Below are positions 63,977 to 64,000 of a DNA stretch of 64,000 nucleotides, in pieces. Under the pieces are notes generated by a model. The model saw only the letters and a list, made by a program, of their open reading frames with translations. It was not told the DNA's origin and did no database searches. The position numbers and the translations under genes are program-made. Origin of the DNA: Vulcanimicrobiaceae bacterium (GTDB taxonomy: Bacteria; Vulcanimicrobiota; Vulcanimicrobiia; Vulcanimicrobiales; Vulcanimicrobiaceae); the NCBI GenBank assembly GCA_052267165.1, contig JBKQHO010000007.1, positions 50,180-114,179 on the forward strand, in the 5' to 3' direction. The stretch's first letter is position 1. Every line of letters begins with the position of its first letter.

Positions 63977-64000
63977 CGCGCGGGCGCACTGCTCGCGGCG

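Overview
High-GC (roughly 68-70% by eye) bacterial chromosomal segment, almost fully coding: about 57 credible CDS. I saw no rRNA, tRNA, CRISPR array, transposase, integrase or phage genes. Many junctions are 4-nt start/stop overlaps (ATGA or GTGA), so much of the window reads as long translationally coupled operons. Short AT-rich islands mark likely promoters.

Layout:
- 1-7.2 kb: PAS-GGDEF sensor, HPF, and a pyruvate:ferredoxin oxidoreductase coupled to a GltD-like NAD(P)H/FeS oxidoreductase.
- 7.3-11.2 kb: SRPBCC protein, alanine racemase, a divergent trypsin-like protein, a secreted protein, and an anthrax-lethal-factor-like HExxH protein.
- 11.2-25.8 kb: one long minus-strand housekeeping run, topA-trmFO-hslV-M20 peptidase-hslU-PIMT-like methyltransferase-def-fmt-rsmB-fhaA-fhaB-PP2C-rodA.
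- 26.2-35.5 kb: histone-H1-like protein, orphan Opp/Dpp ATPases, secG, dxs, PAP2, murI, AMIN-amidase, GerMN protein.
- 35.5-44.6 kb: tpx, DUF2630, NhaP antiporter, an RraA-like aldolase/amidohydrolase/methyltransferase trio, a two-subunit GMC dehydrogenase plus an RHH protein, and a ferritin-like di-iron protein.
- 44.7-51.7 kb: an ArsR-led, six-subunit group-4 [NiFe]-hydrogenase operon.
- 51.7-64 kb: secreted unknown protein, orphan AMIN-secretin, 999-aa beta-propeller/phosphoesterase, DAHP synthase, CoA-transferase, MORN-like repeat protein, thiolase, and a hypothetical.

Most interesting:
- The hydrogenase operon has no NuoI/HycF-type ferredoxin subunit and no extension on the large subunit.
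- A 16-23 nt motif occurs three times, each time sense-oriented at a gene 3' end. Two copies form an inverted repeat around a 143-nt purine-rich insert.
- murI and fmt have conserved N-termini that lie upstream of any canonical start codon.
- PFOR is ATGA-coupled to a GltD-like oxidoreductase.

Synteny mixes Firmicute-like and Actinobacteria-like arrangements in an organism that also encodes a secretin. This suggests a deep-branching, possibly diderm Terrabacteria lineage, but that is inference only.

All family calls rest on motif recognition by eye. No searches were run. Coordinates of short motifs may be off by 1-2 nt.
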